Both the position numbers and the translations under genes were made by a program. A model generated the notes under the pieces. It worked only from the letters and a program-made list of their open reading frames with translations, was not told the origin of the DNA and searched no databases. 64,000 nt of DNA from an uncultured Candidatus Competibacteraceae bacterium (GTDB lineage: Bacteria > Bacteroidota > Bacteroidia > CAIKAF01): the NCBI GenBank assembly GCA_964578885.1, contig CAZOEO010000001.1:222110-286109 (forward strand), written 5' to 3'. How positions within the stretch are numbered: the stretch's first letter is position 1; the number at the start of each line of letters is the position of its first letter. This document shows positions 47,794 to 58,303 of this stretch, piece by piece.

Positions 47794-50043
47794 TTAAGGT
47801 TTTACCCATAATTTTTGAAACACCTGTCCTGCATGGTCTTGTAAAGTGATGGAAACCACGTACAATCCTGCCGGAATACCTTCGGTTGAAAGCACATTCG
47901 GCTGTGCATAGGTGCGTACCACACGTCCTGCCAAATCCATTAGACTTACTTCTGCTACCGCTACCGGACTTTGAATCCACACTTTGTCCGAAGCCGGATT
48001 CGGGTACAGCAATACGTTGACGGGAGCCGCCGGATTTTCTACCGGCAAATCCTGAATGGTAAACCGGTTGGCCACCATCGGTCGAATCATCGCCGCACCA
48101 TACTCTTCCATGGCGAACCAGTTGGGACCTGTCCGGAAAAAAGTATAATCGGTAGCATTGCTGTTGATGTCGAAGCCCACATTGGCTTTAAAGGTTTGCG
48201 TTTGCCGCCATCCGACATAAAAATCGCCGGCTGGCAGGGGAACAGGCTCCTCTAAAATAAAGGTGGTAAATCCATTGTTTTCTTCTACCCGAAACGCGCT
48301 GGTATCTCCTGTGATAGGAGAAATCCGCACCTGCTGCTCATATAATAAATTCTCCGACGGATCCAGACTTTGGTACACTTGCAGGAAAATATTCCGGGTT
48401 TCGTTGTTTTCGCGAACTGGTGAAAAGTACATCGAGACGCCAAAAAGGGTATCAGGAACTTCGTTGGTGAATTTCATGGCAAAACGTCCCGGTGCGCCCA
48501 GCCAAACGGCTTTTTCAGCGGTTCCATCGTCGTAGGCCCAGAAATTATGAAAGGTCTGTTTAAACGATAGCGTATCGTTGGGTCGGTAGGCATCCGACTG
48601 AAAATGCTCCAATTCATGTGTAATGGTGAAAGTCGCACTGTCCGTAAATGGCAAAAGTCCGGATGTCTGAAAATTATAATTGAAATCCGGAAAACGGAAG
48701 CGCGCATAATTGGCGTAACCATTCGTGTAAAACGGCAACACGTCGCTGGTATCCGTGGATAGGGGCGTGTAATCCTGAGGATAGCGATTGATCACCACAC
48801 CATTTTCATCTTTCATGGTAAACCGATAGGCCATGCGCATGGAAAGCGTATCCCGATTGGTAATCAGAGATTCCCATTTGTTTTCCACCATGGTTTGGCG
48901 AAACTGTGTGTAAGGCACTTGCTGATATCGACGAAGCATGGTGGGCCTTACGTACACAAATCCTGCATCCTGAATGGTGGTATCGTGGCGGAAGCGCTGC
49001 CGGTCTAACCTCACATAATCGATGGACCAATGATCTACATTGCCATTGAGGTTGGCATAATTGGAAAATCGAAAACGAAATCCTTTTTTCAAATACCGTG
49101 CTTCAGTAATGGGTAGGGTCACGGGTTTAAAGCGATGAACGCTGGTTCCGGGCGCCGACCAAACGGATTTCCACGTCATGGTTTCTACATCGTAGAATTC
49201 TACACGTAAGGAATCTTGTGTATCCGGGGCATAGCCAAGCCCTTCCGGCTGGTACCAAAAACTCAGGTAAATGGAATCGGATGCCGGAAAATTCAAGTCG
49301 ATGGGCTTGGATGTGAGTTCATCGGCCCAGCCGTTTGCTCCGATGATGGTGCTGTATGGCCGGCCAAAAGCATCGGTTCCGTCCAGTGTGGCAACGCCAA
49401 CGGTTGGAGGAGCTTGTGCCATGGTGCGGTTCATGTAGACTTTCCTGTCTGTCCACACACTTCCGTCGCCGTTCGGAAAATACACCCGAATGGTTTGTAA
49501 TGTGTCGTCGGATAATGTCCCACTGGCCAGCAAGGACGTGGTGTCCACCAAATTGGTTTGCGTATTGAAAAACACACGAAAAGGCTGAAAAAGCCAAACC
49601 GTTTGTGTATCGAACGGAACAAAGGGATTGTCGGGATGCGTAAAGTACACTACTTGAAACGAAGGTGCTTCAAGAGAATCTACCGTATTTCCATTCACTT
49701 GGTAGGTGTAAGCGGTGTCTGTACGAAAGGAAAAAGGCCACTCGGGCGGTGCCGGAATTACCCGGTAACGTACCCGCACGCTGTCGGTTTGCTGGGGATA
49801 ATTCCAGGTTTGAAATTTCATTCTCCGATCAGAGGAAAAGTCATCGATTACCGGAAGCGTTAAGGTGTCCAAAAGATAAAAGGAGGTTCCACCGGAAGGG
49901 AAAATAAGTTCTTGTCCGGAAGAAAGAGACATATCTTTAGGCCGCTGGTGCCAAAGGGTTGGGTTCATTTCCAGAGGCCCTGTGATTACCTGGGCTTGCA
50001 GGGTGTGAACCATGAAAAAAATAAAAACGTACCAATTCCTCAT
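47794..50043 (-). CDS. T9SS C-terminal-domain cargo protein of unknown function, about 750 aa
   Basis: Signal peptide (MRNWYVFIFFMVHTLQAQ). C-terminal sorting domain (LYPNPASDKVWIQ...LMDLAGRVV...GLYVVSITL...KLWVKP). No other recognised domain. Confidence 0.6.
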   Translation of the reverse strand: MRNWYVFIFFMVHTLQAQVITGPLEMNPTLWHQRPKDMSLSSGQELIFPSGGTSFYLLDTLTLPVIDDFSSDRRMKFQTWNYPQQTDSVRVRYRVIPAPPEWPFSFRTDTAYTYQVNGNTVDSLEAPSFQVVYFTHPDNPFVPFDTQTVWLFQPFRVFFNTQTNLVDTTSLLASGTLSDDTLQTIRVYFPNGDGSVWTDRKVYMNRTMAQAPPTVGVATLDGTDAFGRPYSTIIGANGWADELTSKPIDLNFPASDSIYLSFWYQPEGLGYAPDTQDSLRVEFYDVETMTWKSVWSAPGTSVHRFKPVTLPITEARYLKKGFRFRFSNYANLNGNVDHWSIDYVRLDRQRFRHDTTIQDAGFVYVRPTMLRRYQQVPYTQFRQTMVENKWESLITNRDTLSMRMAYRFTMKDENGVVINRYPQDYTPLSTDTSDVLPFYTNGYANYARFRFPDFNYNFQTSGLLPFTDSATFTITHELEHFQSDAYRPNDTLSFKQTFHNFWAYDDGTAEKAVWLGAPGRFAMKFTNEVPDTLFGVSMYFSPVRENNETRNIFLQVYQSLDPSENLLYEQQVRISPITGDTSAFRVEENNGFTTFILEEPVPLPAGDFYVGWRQTQTFKANVGFDINSNATDYTFFRTGPNWFAMEEYGAAMIRPMVANRFTIQDLPVENPAAPVNVLLYPNPASDKVWIQSPVAVAEVSLMDLAGRVVRTYAQPNVLSTEGIPAGLYVVSITLQDHAGQVFQKLWVKP

Positions 50044-50078
50044 ACAATAAAATATAACGGGCATGGATGAAACTTATT

Positions 50079-50702
50079 TCATTCTCCAAAAGGAAAAGGT
50101 GAAGTGTCTTCAGACAAAGTATCTGCATCGTCGTCCCATAGGGGATCTACGGTCAAATCTAAGGATTCGCCTTTGGGCAATTTGGTTCCGGATTTTACCG
50201 GTTTGCCTTGATAAAGAACTTCTACCACAGGAGGATTTCTGTCGGTTTTGGGCGGTGAACCATCTGTGGTGCGTACCCTTCGGATACGAAAACCAATGGC
50301 TTCCAATTCTGCCCTTGCAATGTTCAGCGACGTGTTTCCCAGCTCAGGAATGATGACCAAAGGTGGTCCCATAGCCCTGACGGAGACATAAATTTTTCTT
50401 CCGTCTTTTACCTCTCGTCCTCCTTTGGGTTGTTGGTCTGCAATATGTCCTGGATTTACAAAATTCAGAGAATCCGGCAACTCAAAAATCGTATCGGTCA
50501 CTACTAGGAGTAGTCCGGCATCGTCCAAAAGTTGTTGTGCTTCTTCTGTGCTTCGTCCCACCAGCATGGGTACAGGCTGTGTGTCGCCATGGCGGGTATA
50601 CCAGGAGAACAACTGAAAAGTGAGAAAACTCAACAGGCCCATCGAAAGAAGCGCTCCTGCTACATTTAGCCAAAAATTGCGCCCGAATAAATTACCTTTC
50701 AT
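50079..50702 (-). CDS. PASTA-domain membrane protein
   Basis: N-terminal TM helix followed by two PASTA-like repeats (PMLVGRSTEEAQQLLDDAGL...; IPELGNTSLNIARAELEAIGF...). Confidence 0.65.
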   Translation of the reverse strand: MKGNLFGRNFWLNVAGALLSMGLLSFLTFQLFSWYTRHGDTQPVPMLVGRSTEEAQQLLDDAGLLLVVTDTIFELPDSLNFVNPGHIADQQPKGGREVKDGRKIYVSVRAMGPPLVIIPELGNTSLNIARAELEAIGFRIRRVRTTDGSPPKTDRNPPVVEVLYQGKPVKSGTKLPKGESLDLTVDPLWDDDADTLSEDTSPFPFGE

Positions 50703-50729
50703 ATGCTATAGGCCAAAGGTACAACCTTT

Positions 50730-51425
50730 TTACTGGTTTATCTCGATAAAACGCTGAATGTCCTTGGTGGTTCCAAACACCAGAATGGTGTCTGTTTCCA
50801 AAATTATGGTGTCCGAAGTGGGCACGCCAATGATATGTTCTTCCCGAACAATTTGTCCGCGGCGTTCTTCGGTGGTTTCTCTTTTCAAGGTAATGAGATT
50901 GAGGCGATACCGGTTTCTCAGGTTGATGTCGCCCAAGGTGCGGTTGGCAATGCCCGGCGGGGTTTTTATTTCCACAATTTCATGATCATCTGGCAAGGGG
51001 ATGTATGAAATAATGTTGGGGTTCACCAGTTTTTCTGCCACCAGCCGTCCGATTTCATCTTCCGGAGACAAGATTTCCTTCACACCAATTTTTTCCAGAA
51101 TCATGCGCTGGTGGCGTCCTTCTGCACGTGCGATAATTCGTTTTACGCCCATTTCCATGAGCAAAACCACGGTGAGCAATAAAGCATCGAAATCTTCTCC
51201 AATGGCCACAATCACCGCGTCCATATCGTCGATGTTTTGGGCTTTCAAGGCGCGCTGGTCGGTGGCATCCATGGTAACACCATAAGCCACATCGGCCGAA
51301 ACGGCTTCGATATGTCCTTCATTGTTGTCGATGGCCAGCACTTCCGCACCTCTGCGACTTAACTCCCGTGCAATGGAAGTTCCGAATTGTCCTAAGCCAA
51401 TTACGGCAAACCTAGATTGGGTCAT
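50730..51425 (-). CDS. trkA: TrkA/KtrA-family K+ transport NAD-binding regulatory subunit
   Basis: RCK_N Rossmann motif (FAVIGLGQFGTSIARELSRRGAEVLAID) plus a C-terminal TrkA_C domain. Confidence 0.8.
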   Translation of the reverse strand: MTQSRFAVIGLGQFGTSIARELSRRGAEVLAIDNNEGHIEAVSADVAYGVTMDATDQRALKAQNIDDMDAVIVAIGEDFDALLLTVVLLMEMGVKRIIARAEGRHQRMILEKIGVKEILSPEDEIGRLVAEKLVNPNIISYIPLPDDHEIVEIKTPPGIANRTLGDINLRNRYRLNLITLKRETTEERRGQIVREEHIIGVPTSDTIILETDTILVFGTTKDIQRFIEINQ

Positions 51426-51577
51426 GGATTTTCTTTCTAACGCTTTTGCGAAGATACAAGACCTGTTGGTTTACCTTTCATAGAAACTCAAAATTCAAAT
51501 CTGATGTGGCGAAAGATGGGGTTTTCCTTTTGATAAATTTCCAACCATGGCTTTCCGTTTTTTTGTTCCTTTGTGCC

Positions 51578-52849
51578 ATGGCAAAAACCTCCAGAAACAG
51601 CATGTTCGGTCGCATCGACTGGGTCATGGTATTGCTGTATCTGGTGCTTACGACCATTGGCTGGCTTCACATTTGGTCGGCTTCCTTTTTGGAAGACGCT
51701 CCCTCTCCTTTTAGCATGGCCAACGAAGCCGGTCGCCAATTTGTCTGGATGGGCATTTCTTTTGTGGGCGCTTCACTTATTATGCTCACCGACGCTAAAC
51801 TTTTTCCCGCGATTCGATGGATTTTATGGGGATTGTCTATGGTGTTGCTGGCTTCGGTTCTGGTGATCGGCCAGGATGTGGCTGGGAACAAAAGTTGGAT
51901 CGTGATTTCGGGAAACATCAAAATTCAACCTTCTGAATTTGCCAAATACACCACTGCGCTGATTTTATCCGGATATATCGGGCGGCAGGAATTCAATGGG
52001 AAACGTTGGCAGGATTGGGGGTGGAGTTTTCTCATCATCCTTTTTCCAGCTGTTTTTATCCTGTTGCAGGACGATTTAGGCAGTACCCTGGTGTTTTTCT
52101 CTTTTTTTCTGGCCCTTTTTAGATTCGGCCTCACCTGGTTTTGGCTGATTTTGGCCGTTATTCTTGCGGCTACTTTTATTTTGTCGCTGGTGATTGAACC
52201 TCTGTACATTGCGATTACGGTAATGGGTCTGGCGGTGATTTCAAGACTATTTTCTCTTCGAAGTCCCTGGATTTTATGGGTTTTTACCTTGTTGATCGGG
52301 GCTTTTATTTCTGCCTTTGCTTTCACGGGGCAAATGTTGTTTTCCAAATTAAAGCCCACGCACCAGAATCGTTTGTTGGTGTTGCTGGATCCAACACGCG
52401 ACCCCCGAGGTCAAGGTTGGAATGTGACCAATTCTAAAATGGCCCTGTCCGGTGGAGGCGTGGCCGGAAAAGGTTTCATGAAAGGAACATTGACGCAGTT
52501 GAAGTTTGTTCCCAAACAACATACTGACTTTATTTTCAGTGCCATTGGAGAGCAGTGGGGCTTTATGGGAACCACCGTTTTGGTGAGTCTTTTTCTCACG
52601 CTCATGGTCAAAGTGATTCTGGCTGCAGAACGGCAGAAAACGAATTTTGCCAGGGTATATGGATATTGCGTGGCCAGTGTGCTGTTTTTTCACTTTTTCA
52701 TGAACATTGGCACCGCCATCGGATTGGTGCCCACGGTGGGCGTTCCTTTGCCTTTTATTTCCTACGGAGGCTCTTCATTACTTGGCTTCACCGTTTTGCT
52801 GTTCACTTTCATCCGAATGGATGCACATAACAGCATTAGTTTGCGCTAA
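51578..52849 (+). CDS. rodA: SEDS-family peptidoglycan glycosyltransferase (RodA/FtsW)
   Basis: Multi-TM SEDS signature (SEFAK...; TDFIFS; C-terminal PLPFISYGGSS). Start taken at MAKTSRNSMFGRIDW (the ORF opens at 51446). Confidence 0.8.
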   Translation: MAKTSRNSMFGRIDWVMVLLYLVLTTIGWLHIWSASFLEDAPSPFSMANEAGRQFVWMGISFVGASLIMLTDAKLFPAIRWILWGLSMVLLASVLVIGQDVAGNKSWIVISGNIKIQPSEFAKYTTALILSGYIGRQEFNGKRWQDWGWSFLIILFPAVFILLQDDLGSTLVFFSFFLALFRFGLTWFWLILAVILAATFILSLVIEPLYIAITVMGLAVISRLFSLRSPWILWVFTLLIGAFISAFAFTGQMLFSKLKPTHQNRLLVLLDPTRDPRGQGWNVTNSKMALSGGGVAGKGFMKGTLTQLKFVPKQHTDFIFSAIGEQWGFMGTTVLVSLFLTLMVKVILAAERQKTNFARVYGYCVASVLFFHFFMNIGTAIGLVPTVGVPLPFISYGGSSLLGFTVLLFTFIRMDAHNSISLR

Positions 52850-52909
52850 AGGCCGTTAAAAAAACCTTTATAAGGTACATTTCAGGTCAATTATCCGCAT
52901 ATTTATGGC

Positions 52910-55714
52910 ATGAAACAAATCGTCTTAGGGGGGCTTGCTTCCCTGTTCACTTTGGGTTTAACTGCACAAGCGGTCATGCTTGAACAAGTGCAAAGAACTT
53001 CTCCACAAGAATTAGTGATTCCTTACCAGAAATGGCAACTGCCCAATGGTCTTATTCTCTTAATTCATGAGGATCATTCCGACCCGGTGGTGCACGTAGA
53101 TGTCACGTATCACGTTGGGTCTGCGCGTGAGGTGGCCGGTCGTTCGGGATTTGCACACTTTTTTGAGCATATGATGTTTCAAGGCTCCGATAATGTGGCC
53201 GATGAAGAGCATTTTAAAATTGTTACCGAATCCGGTGGAACGTTGAATGGAACCACCAACCTGGATCGGACCAATTATTTTGAAACCATGCCATCCAATC
53301 AATTGGAGACGGCCCTTTGGCTTGAAGCCGACCGAATGGGCTTTTTCCTCGATGCGGTAAATCAAAGGAAATTTGAAGTCCAGCGCGCCACGGTGAAAAA
53401 TGAAAGAGGGCAGAATTACGACAACCGCCCTTATGGTTTGGCATATGAAAAAACGGTGGAAGCCTTGTATCCTGCCGGACATCCATATTCCTGGACCACC
53501 ATCGGTTATCTCGCAGATTTAGACGCTGCTACACTGGACGATTTAAAACAATTTTTCCTGAGATGGTATGGACCAAACAATGCCGTTCTTACCGTGGCCG
53601 GAGATGTAAAACCTGCGGAAGTTGTTGCGCTGGTAGAAAAGTATTTTGGCTCCATTCCACGCGGTCCGGAAGTACGCAACATGCCTCCGCAACCCGCAAA
53701 ACTAAAAGCGACTCGCTTTATTTCTTACGAAGACAATATTCGCCTTCCCATGCTCAATATCACCTGGCCTACCGTAGAAGCGCGACATGCCGATGAAGCC
53801 GCTTTGGATGTACTCGCCAGTATTTTGGGCGGTGGAAAATCGTCGATTTTATACCAGCAATTCATTAAAACCCGCAAAGCCAGAACCGTACGCGCTTATC
53901 ATCCGACAGCAGAATTGGCCGGTTATTTTCAAATTTCATTGTTGGCTTTACCCGGACAATCCCTAGCTGCTCTGTATGAAGAGCTCATGGCTGCCATCGC
54001 CTCTGTGGAAAGTCGCGGTGTAACTCTGGAAGACCTGCAACGCCATAAAATTTCTGTGGAAACAGGCGAGTTAACAGAGTTGACAACTGTACGCGGGAAG
54101 GCTACAAAACTAGCCTATTATCAAACGTTTACTGGAAACGCCAACTATATTCAAAAGGATTTAAAGCGGGTGCAGGAAGTTACTGCCGCCGATGTGTTTC
54201 GTGTGTTCCAGCAGTACATCAAAGGACGTCCACATGTTGCTTTGTCGGTCGTGCCAAAGGATGGAGCCGCGCTCAAAGCAGCTCCTGACAATTATGTACA
54301 TGAGATTCCGAAATTGAATGCAGATTTATCTGAATATCAAAATCTTACTTACAATAAAGGCAAGGATAATTTTGATCGGAGTCAACGCCCCAGTCCCGGA
54401 CCCGTACCAGCCGTTCAAGTCCCAAAATTCTGGACAGATACCTGGAAAAATGGCATGTCTTTCATTGGTACCTTGTATCAGGAAGCACCTGTCACGTCTA
54501 TTCAAATCACTTTTCCCGGTGGACATTATGCCGATTCGCCTGAAAAGGCTGGTCGAGCACGCCTGATGGCCAGTTTGCTCAACGAAGATACCCAAAAGCG
54601 TTCCGCGGAAGATTTCGCTGATACGTTGGACATGTTGGGCTCAAGCATTCGCATTTATGCAGGTACAGAAGAAGTTACCATTGAAGTCTTTTCTTTGACC
54701 CGCAATTTGGAACCTACACTTCGTCTTTTGCAAGAAAGGTTGATGATGCCTGCTTTTAATGCCGATGATTTTACCCGAATCCAGCAACAGCAACTGGAAG
54801 ATATTCGCACCCAAACCAACAATGCAGGTGCAGTGGCGTCTAATTTGTTGCGGCAGTACATGTACCTGAGTGGCATTCATTCTTTGCCCGATTTGGGAAC
54901 CGAAAACACGGTAAAAAGTCTGACGTTGGAAGACGTAAAAGCGTATTACCAAACTTGGCTGGTTCCAGGGAAAGCCCGGATTACCGTAGTTAGTTCTGCT
55001 GAACAAAAAACGGTGCAACAAGGTCTTCATTGGATGCGTAATTGGAAAGGAACACCTCCTTCCTTGCCGGGCTTTCGCACACCTGTAAGCCAGGAGCAAA
55101 CACGCATTATTTTCTTTGATAAACCCGGAGCCGCTCAATCCGAAATTCGTGTGGCTTTGCCAGGACTCATGTATGATGCTACCGGCGAGTTTTTTCAGCT
55201 GAACCTGATGAACTATCCACTGGGCGGAGCGTTCAACAGTCGTTTGAACCTCAATCTTCGTGAAAACAAAGGATATACCTATGGTGTGCGTTCTGGATTT
55301 TCCGGCAGCATGAGAACCGGTATGTTTGTGATTTCCGGCGGATTTTTGCGGGATGCCACGGATTCTACCCTGATGGAAATTTTTAAAGAGTTGGAAACTT
55401 TCGTGAACAACGGACCTAGCCCGGAAGAAATGGTCTTCACCGTGAATGCCATCGGTCAACGGGACGCCTTGAATTATGAATCACCTTCTCAAAAAGGACG
55501 TTTTCTCGACCGCATGTTGGAATATGACCTGAAACCCGACCATGTGGCACGACAAATGGAGTTACTTAAAAAAATGACCCAGAGTCAGTACCAGAGTTTG
55601 GCCAGAAAGTGGTTGAAAACCAGGGAGCTTTTGATTATCGTGGTGGGCGATCAGGAGAAAGTGATGCCCGGTCTGGAAAAGCTCAACCTTCCCATTGAAG
55701 TGGTCAAGCCTTAA
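52910..55714 (+). CDS. M16-family (pitrilysin/insulinase-like) zinc peptidase, fused double-domain form, 934 aa
   Basis: Signal peptide, inverted zinc motif HFFEHMMFQGS (HxxEH) and downstream E. Both active and inactive M16 halves are present. Confidence 0.85.
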   Translation: MKQIVLGGLASLFTLGLTAQAVMLEQVQRTSPQELVIPYQKWQLPNGLILLIHEDHSDPVVHVDVTYHVGSAREVAGRSGFAHFFEHMMFQGSDNVADEEHFKIVTESGGTLNGTTNLDRTNYFETMPSNQLETALWLEADRMGFFLDAVNQRKFEVQRATVKNERGQNYDNRPYGLAYEKTVEALYPAGHPYSWTTIGYLADLDAATLDDLKQFFLRWYGPNNAVLTVAGDVKPAEVVALVEKYFGSIPRGPEVRNMPPQPAKLKATRFISYEDNIRLPMLNITWPTVEARHADEAALDVLASILGGGKSSILYQQFIKTRKARTVRAYHPTAELAGYFQISLLALPGQSLAALYEELMAAIASVESRGVTLEDLQRHKISVETGELTELTTVRGKATKLAYYQTFTGNANYIQKDLKRVQEVTAADVFRVFQQYIKGRPHVALSVVPKDGAALKAAPDNYVHEIPKLNADLSEYQNLTYNKGKDNFDRSQRPSPGPVPAVQVPKFWTDTWKNGMSFIGTLYQEAPVTSIQITFPGGHYADSPEKAGRARLMASLLNEDTQKRSAEDFADTLDMLGSSIRIYAGTEEVTIEVFSLTRNLEPTLRLLQERLMMPAFNADDFTRIQQQQLEDIRTQTNNAGAVASNLLRQYMYLSGIHSLPDLGTENTVKSLTLEDVKAYYQTWLVPGKARITVVSSAEQKTVQQGLHWMRNWKGTPPSLPGFRTPVSQEQTRIIFFDKPGAAQSEIRVALPGLMYDATGEFFQLNLMNYPLGGAFNSRLNLNLRENKGYTYGVRSGFSGSMRTGMFVISGGFLRDATDSTLMEIFKELETFVNNGPSPEEMVFTVNAIGQRDALNYESPSQKGRFLDRMLEYDLKPDHVARQMELLKKMTQSQYQSLARKWLKTRELLIIVVGDQEKVMPGLEKLNLPIEVVKP

Positions 55715-55804
55715 AAGCAGTCAAAAGTCATGTTTTTTCGGTTAAAACTGCTAATTTTGCAAAACGAATCGTTTCTCCTTGTGAATTGAATAACACATTG
55801 ACAT

Positions 55805-56215
55805 ATGTATCCTCAAGACATCGTAATACCCTGCCGTTCTGAGTTAACGGATGCAGGATTTGAATCTTTAGAGACTCCGGAATCGGTAGAGCAAGTAATT
55901 CAGCGTAAAGGCACTACCTTGATGGTGGTGAATTCAGTATGTGGCTGTGCGGCTCGCGGTGCCCGTCCGGGGGTGATTAAATCGTTGGATTCCGGTAAAA
56001 AGCCGGATTATTTAACCACGGTATTTGCTGGAGTAGATGGTCCTGCTGTAACGCAGGCACGTCATCATTTTGCACCCTATCCGCCTTCTTCACCAAGTAT
56101 TGCTTTGTTCAAAGATGGCCAATTGGTTCATTTTGTTGAACGGTACCAAATTGAAGGCGCCACGGATGAAATGCTTGCAGACCATTTACGTGCCGTCTAT
56201 CAAGAGCTGTGTTAA
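55805..56215 (+). CDS. bacilliredoxin-family (BrxA/BrxB, DUF1094) thiol-disulfide oxidoreductase
   Basis: Characteristic TPELV...MVVNSVCGCAARGARP CGC motif and overall approximately 136-aa length. Confidence 0.75.
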   Translation: MYPQDIVIPCRSELTDAGFESLETPESVEQVIQRKGTTLMVVNSVCGCAARGARPGVIKSLDSGKKPDYLTTVFAGVDGPAVTQARHHFAPYPPSSPSIALFKDGQLVHFVERYQIEGATDEMLADHLRAVYQELC

Positions 56216-56237
56216 GTGTGTTTGTTTTGATTTGAAA

Positions 56238-56267
56238 AGGGCAGTCCTTTTGGGCTGTCCTTTTTTT
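56238..56267 (+). terminator. hairpin plus T7 run after the brx-like gene
   Basis: AGGGCAG/CTGTCCT stem with one G-U pair, followed by TTTTTTT. Confidence 0.45.
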
Positions 56268-56313
56268 GTGCACCTAAAGCAAAAGGGGTATAATTTTTGA
56301 CAACCCGGCCCTT

Positions 56314-58209
56314 ATGTTCCCTACACTTTTCCGTTTCTTTTTCCTTTTGTTTCTTCCCTTTAGTTTTGGGTTGAGTGCGGTGAACATGCTGGCACAAAGC
56401 GTTACTTACATACCTGCTCCATGGATTAGCTCCATGCCGGGGAATCATATTTCTGCATTGGCGCGGGGTTCCGGTGGTGAACTTTTGGTAGGGACCACCC
56501 AAGGCGGACTGTATCGGCTGGCTGGTTCTCAATGGGACATTATTCCTTTGGAGTTCGCCAATTTTACCAGCCAGATTCAATGTTTACATGTAGACCAAGA
56601 TGGCGTAATTTGGGTCGGAACCTCAGAGGGATTGGCCGCCATTGCTCCCCATCTTCCCATGAATAATGTGCATCAAAGCACTTTTTCCAACATACGGGAG
56701 CCTATTTTTTCTATTGAAAAAGGCCCGTTTCAGTCGCTTTGGATCGAAGGAAAAGAAAATCATTTTCTATGGGTGAATAAACAGCTTTTTCCGATATCAG
56801 ACTCCTTACTTCCTAAGGTTGTCGATGAGGTTACCCGTTTCGTGCAATCACTAAATCCATTGCATTTTACCACACGATCTTTGCCGCTTGACTCTTTGGT
56901 GCAATGGTGGAAAAGTAAAACGAATATCAGAAATAACGCAGGTTTTAAGAGATGGTTAGGTGTGCCACTGGAGCATGGTTGGTACGCGGAGGCAGCACCA
57001 CAAGGCGTGTGGATTGGCGAGGCGGCTCAGTGCGTTCCTTTTCGTTCTGGTTTTATGGTGAAATCGCCGCCGATGGTGGTTCCGACCCAAACAGAAAGGA
57101 GGAGAGAACTGGACGCGGGTGCACCGTTTTATTCGTCGATGTTGAATCGTCTGATTCAGCCTGGCGCCTTAACGCTGTTGGAGATAGAAGGAGCTCATCA
57201 TTATTATTTTAACCGAAATCAATCCATTATCCATTGTGCGCCGGGTACCACAGCACTCAAAATGAAGTTTGGCGCCATCTATCCCATGCCGGAAGGATAT
57301 CATTTTCTAAACCATCGGTTAGAAGACGATGCGGCTTTTGAAACGCATTTTTTAGATGAACCCCTTCACATAAAGGAACTTCGTCCCGGAATCCAAGCGT
57401 TGCAGGTATATTTTTTGGATTTGGATGGCAGGCGGTCGCCCTCGTATTGGTATACCCTTCAGGTTTATCCGGAATGGTATGAGACGCCCGGTTTGCAAGT
57501 TGCAGTAAGTGTTCTTTTTTTTAGCATATTGCTTTGGTTTGCAGTGGAATGGCGTATTCGGCGAGGACGAGCTCACCGGCAGGCGAAACAGCTTAGAGAC
57601 CATGTTCAGGCTTTATCCGTGGACCATATTCGTCATGTACTTCCCGCTCATTTGGTTGGCAATGCCGTACAACATTTACAGGGATTGTTGATTCAAAAAA
57701 ACCACACACTCGCTTCCGCTTACATGGAGCATGTACAGGATTTGTTTCATTTTGCGTTGAATAACACCATGAGAACCATTTCACTTGCCGAAGAATTGGA
57801 TTTCATCCGTTTTTATTTTGAGGTGGAAAATCAAAGGTTAGGGTTAAAAAACAAATTGCATATTGTTGTTGAAAGCGATTTAGATACATCACGTTATCAG
57901 ATTCCGGCCATGCTGACCCAACCCATTATGGAAAATGCCTTTAAATATGCCTTTTCAACGTCGCATCCGGGTCAGGTTTTTTGGGAAGTGAAAAAGCAAG
58001 GGCCACAAATCCTGCTCATTTGTACTTGTGTTTCCACACGGGTTTTGCCGGAAACAAGACTTGCCAGAGGGAAAGGTTTGTTGTTAGTAAAAGAGCAATT
58101 GGTTTGTTTTTTTCCTCCGCCCGCCAAGGTATCGGTGCATGCGCATCAGGAGGGGGATCATTCTTTTAAAACTGAGATCCTTTTTCCCTGCGTGGAGGAT
58201 TCATTTTAA
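56314..58209 (+). CDS. sensor histidine kinase (periplasmic beta-propeller-type sensor, TM segment, LytS/YehU-like HisKA_3 kinase)
   Basis: Signal/TM, N-terminal Y_Y_Y/propeller-like region, TM helix (VAVSVLFFSILLWFAVEW), H-box region, and a C-terminal HATPase-like region. Paired with the downstream LytTR regulator. Confidence 0.7.
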   Translation: MFPTLFRFFFLLFLPFSFGLSAVNMLAQSVTYIPAPWISSMPGNHISALARGSGGELLVGTTQGGLYRLAGSQWDIIPLEFANFTSQIQCLHVDQDGVIWVGTSEGLAAIAPHLPMNNVHQSTFSNIREPIFSIEKGPFQSLWIEGKENHFLWVNKQLFPISDSLLPKVVDEVTRFVQSLNPLHFTTRSLPLDSLVQWWKSKTNIRNNAGFKRWLGVPLEHGWYAEAAPQGVWIGEAAQCVPFRSGFMVKSPPMVVPTQTERRRELDAGAPFYSSMLNRLIQPGALTLLEIEGAHHYYFNRNQSIIHCAPGTTALKMKFGAIYPMPEGYHFLNHRLEDDAAFETHFLDEPLHIKELRPGIQALQVYFLDLDGRRSPSYWYTLQVYPEWYETPGLQVAVSVLFFSILLWFAVEWRIRRGRAHRQAKQLRDHVQALSVDHIRHVLPAHLVGNAVQHLQGLLIQKNHTLASAYMEHVQDLFHFALNNTMRTISLAEELDFIRFYFEVENQRLGLKNKLHIVVESDLDTSRYQIPAMLTQPIMENAFKYAFSTSHPGQVFWEVKKQGPQILLICTCVSTRVLPETRLARGKGLLLVKEQLVCFFPPPAKVSVHAHQEGDHSFKTEILFPCVEDSF

Positions 58210-58303
58210 ATGTGATTTCAATACGCTTACGTCCTAAAAGGCTGCGTTAATCAATTCTTGCACACCTCATACATTGAACTTTTAACTTCGTTGCAAATCC
58301 ACC

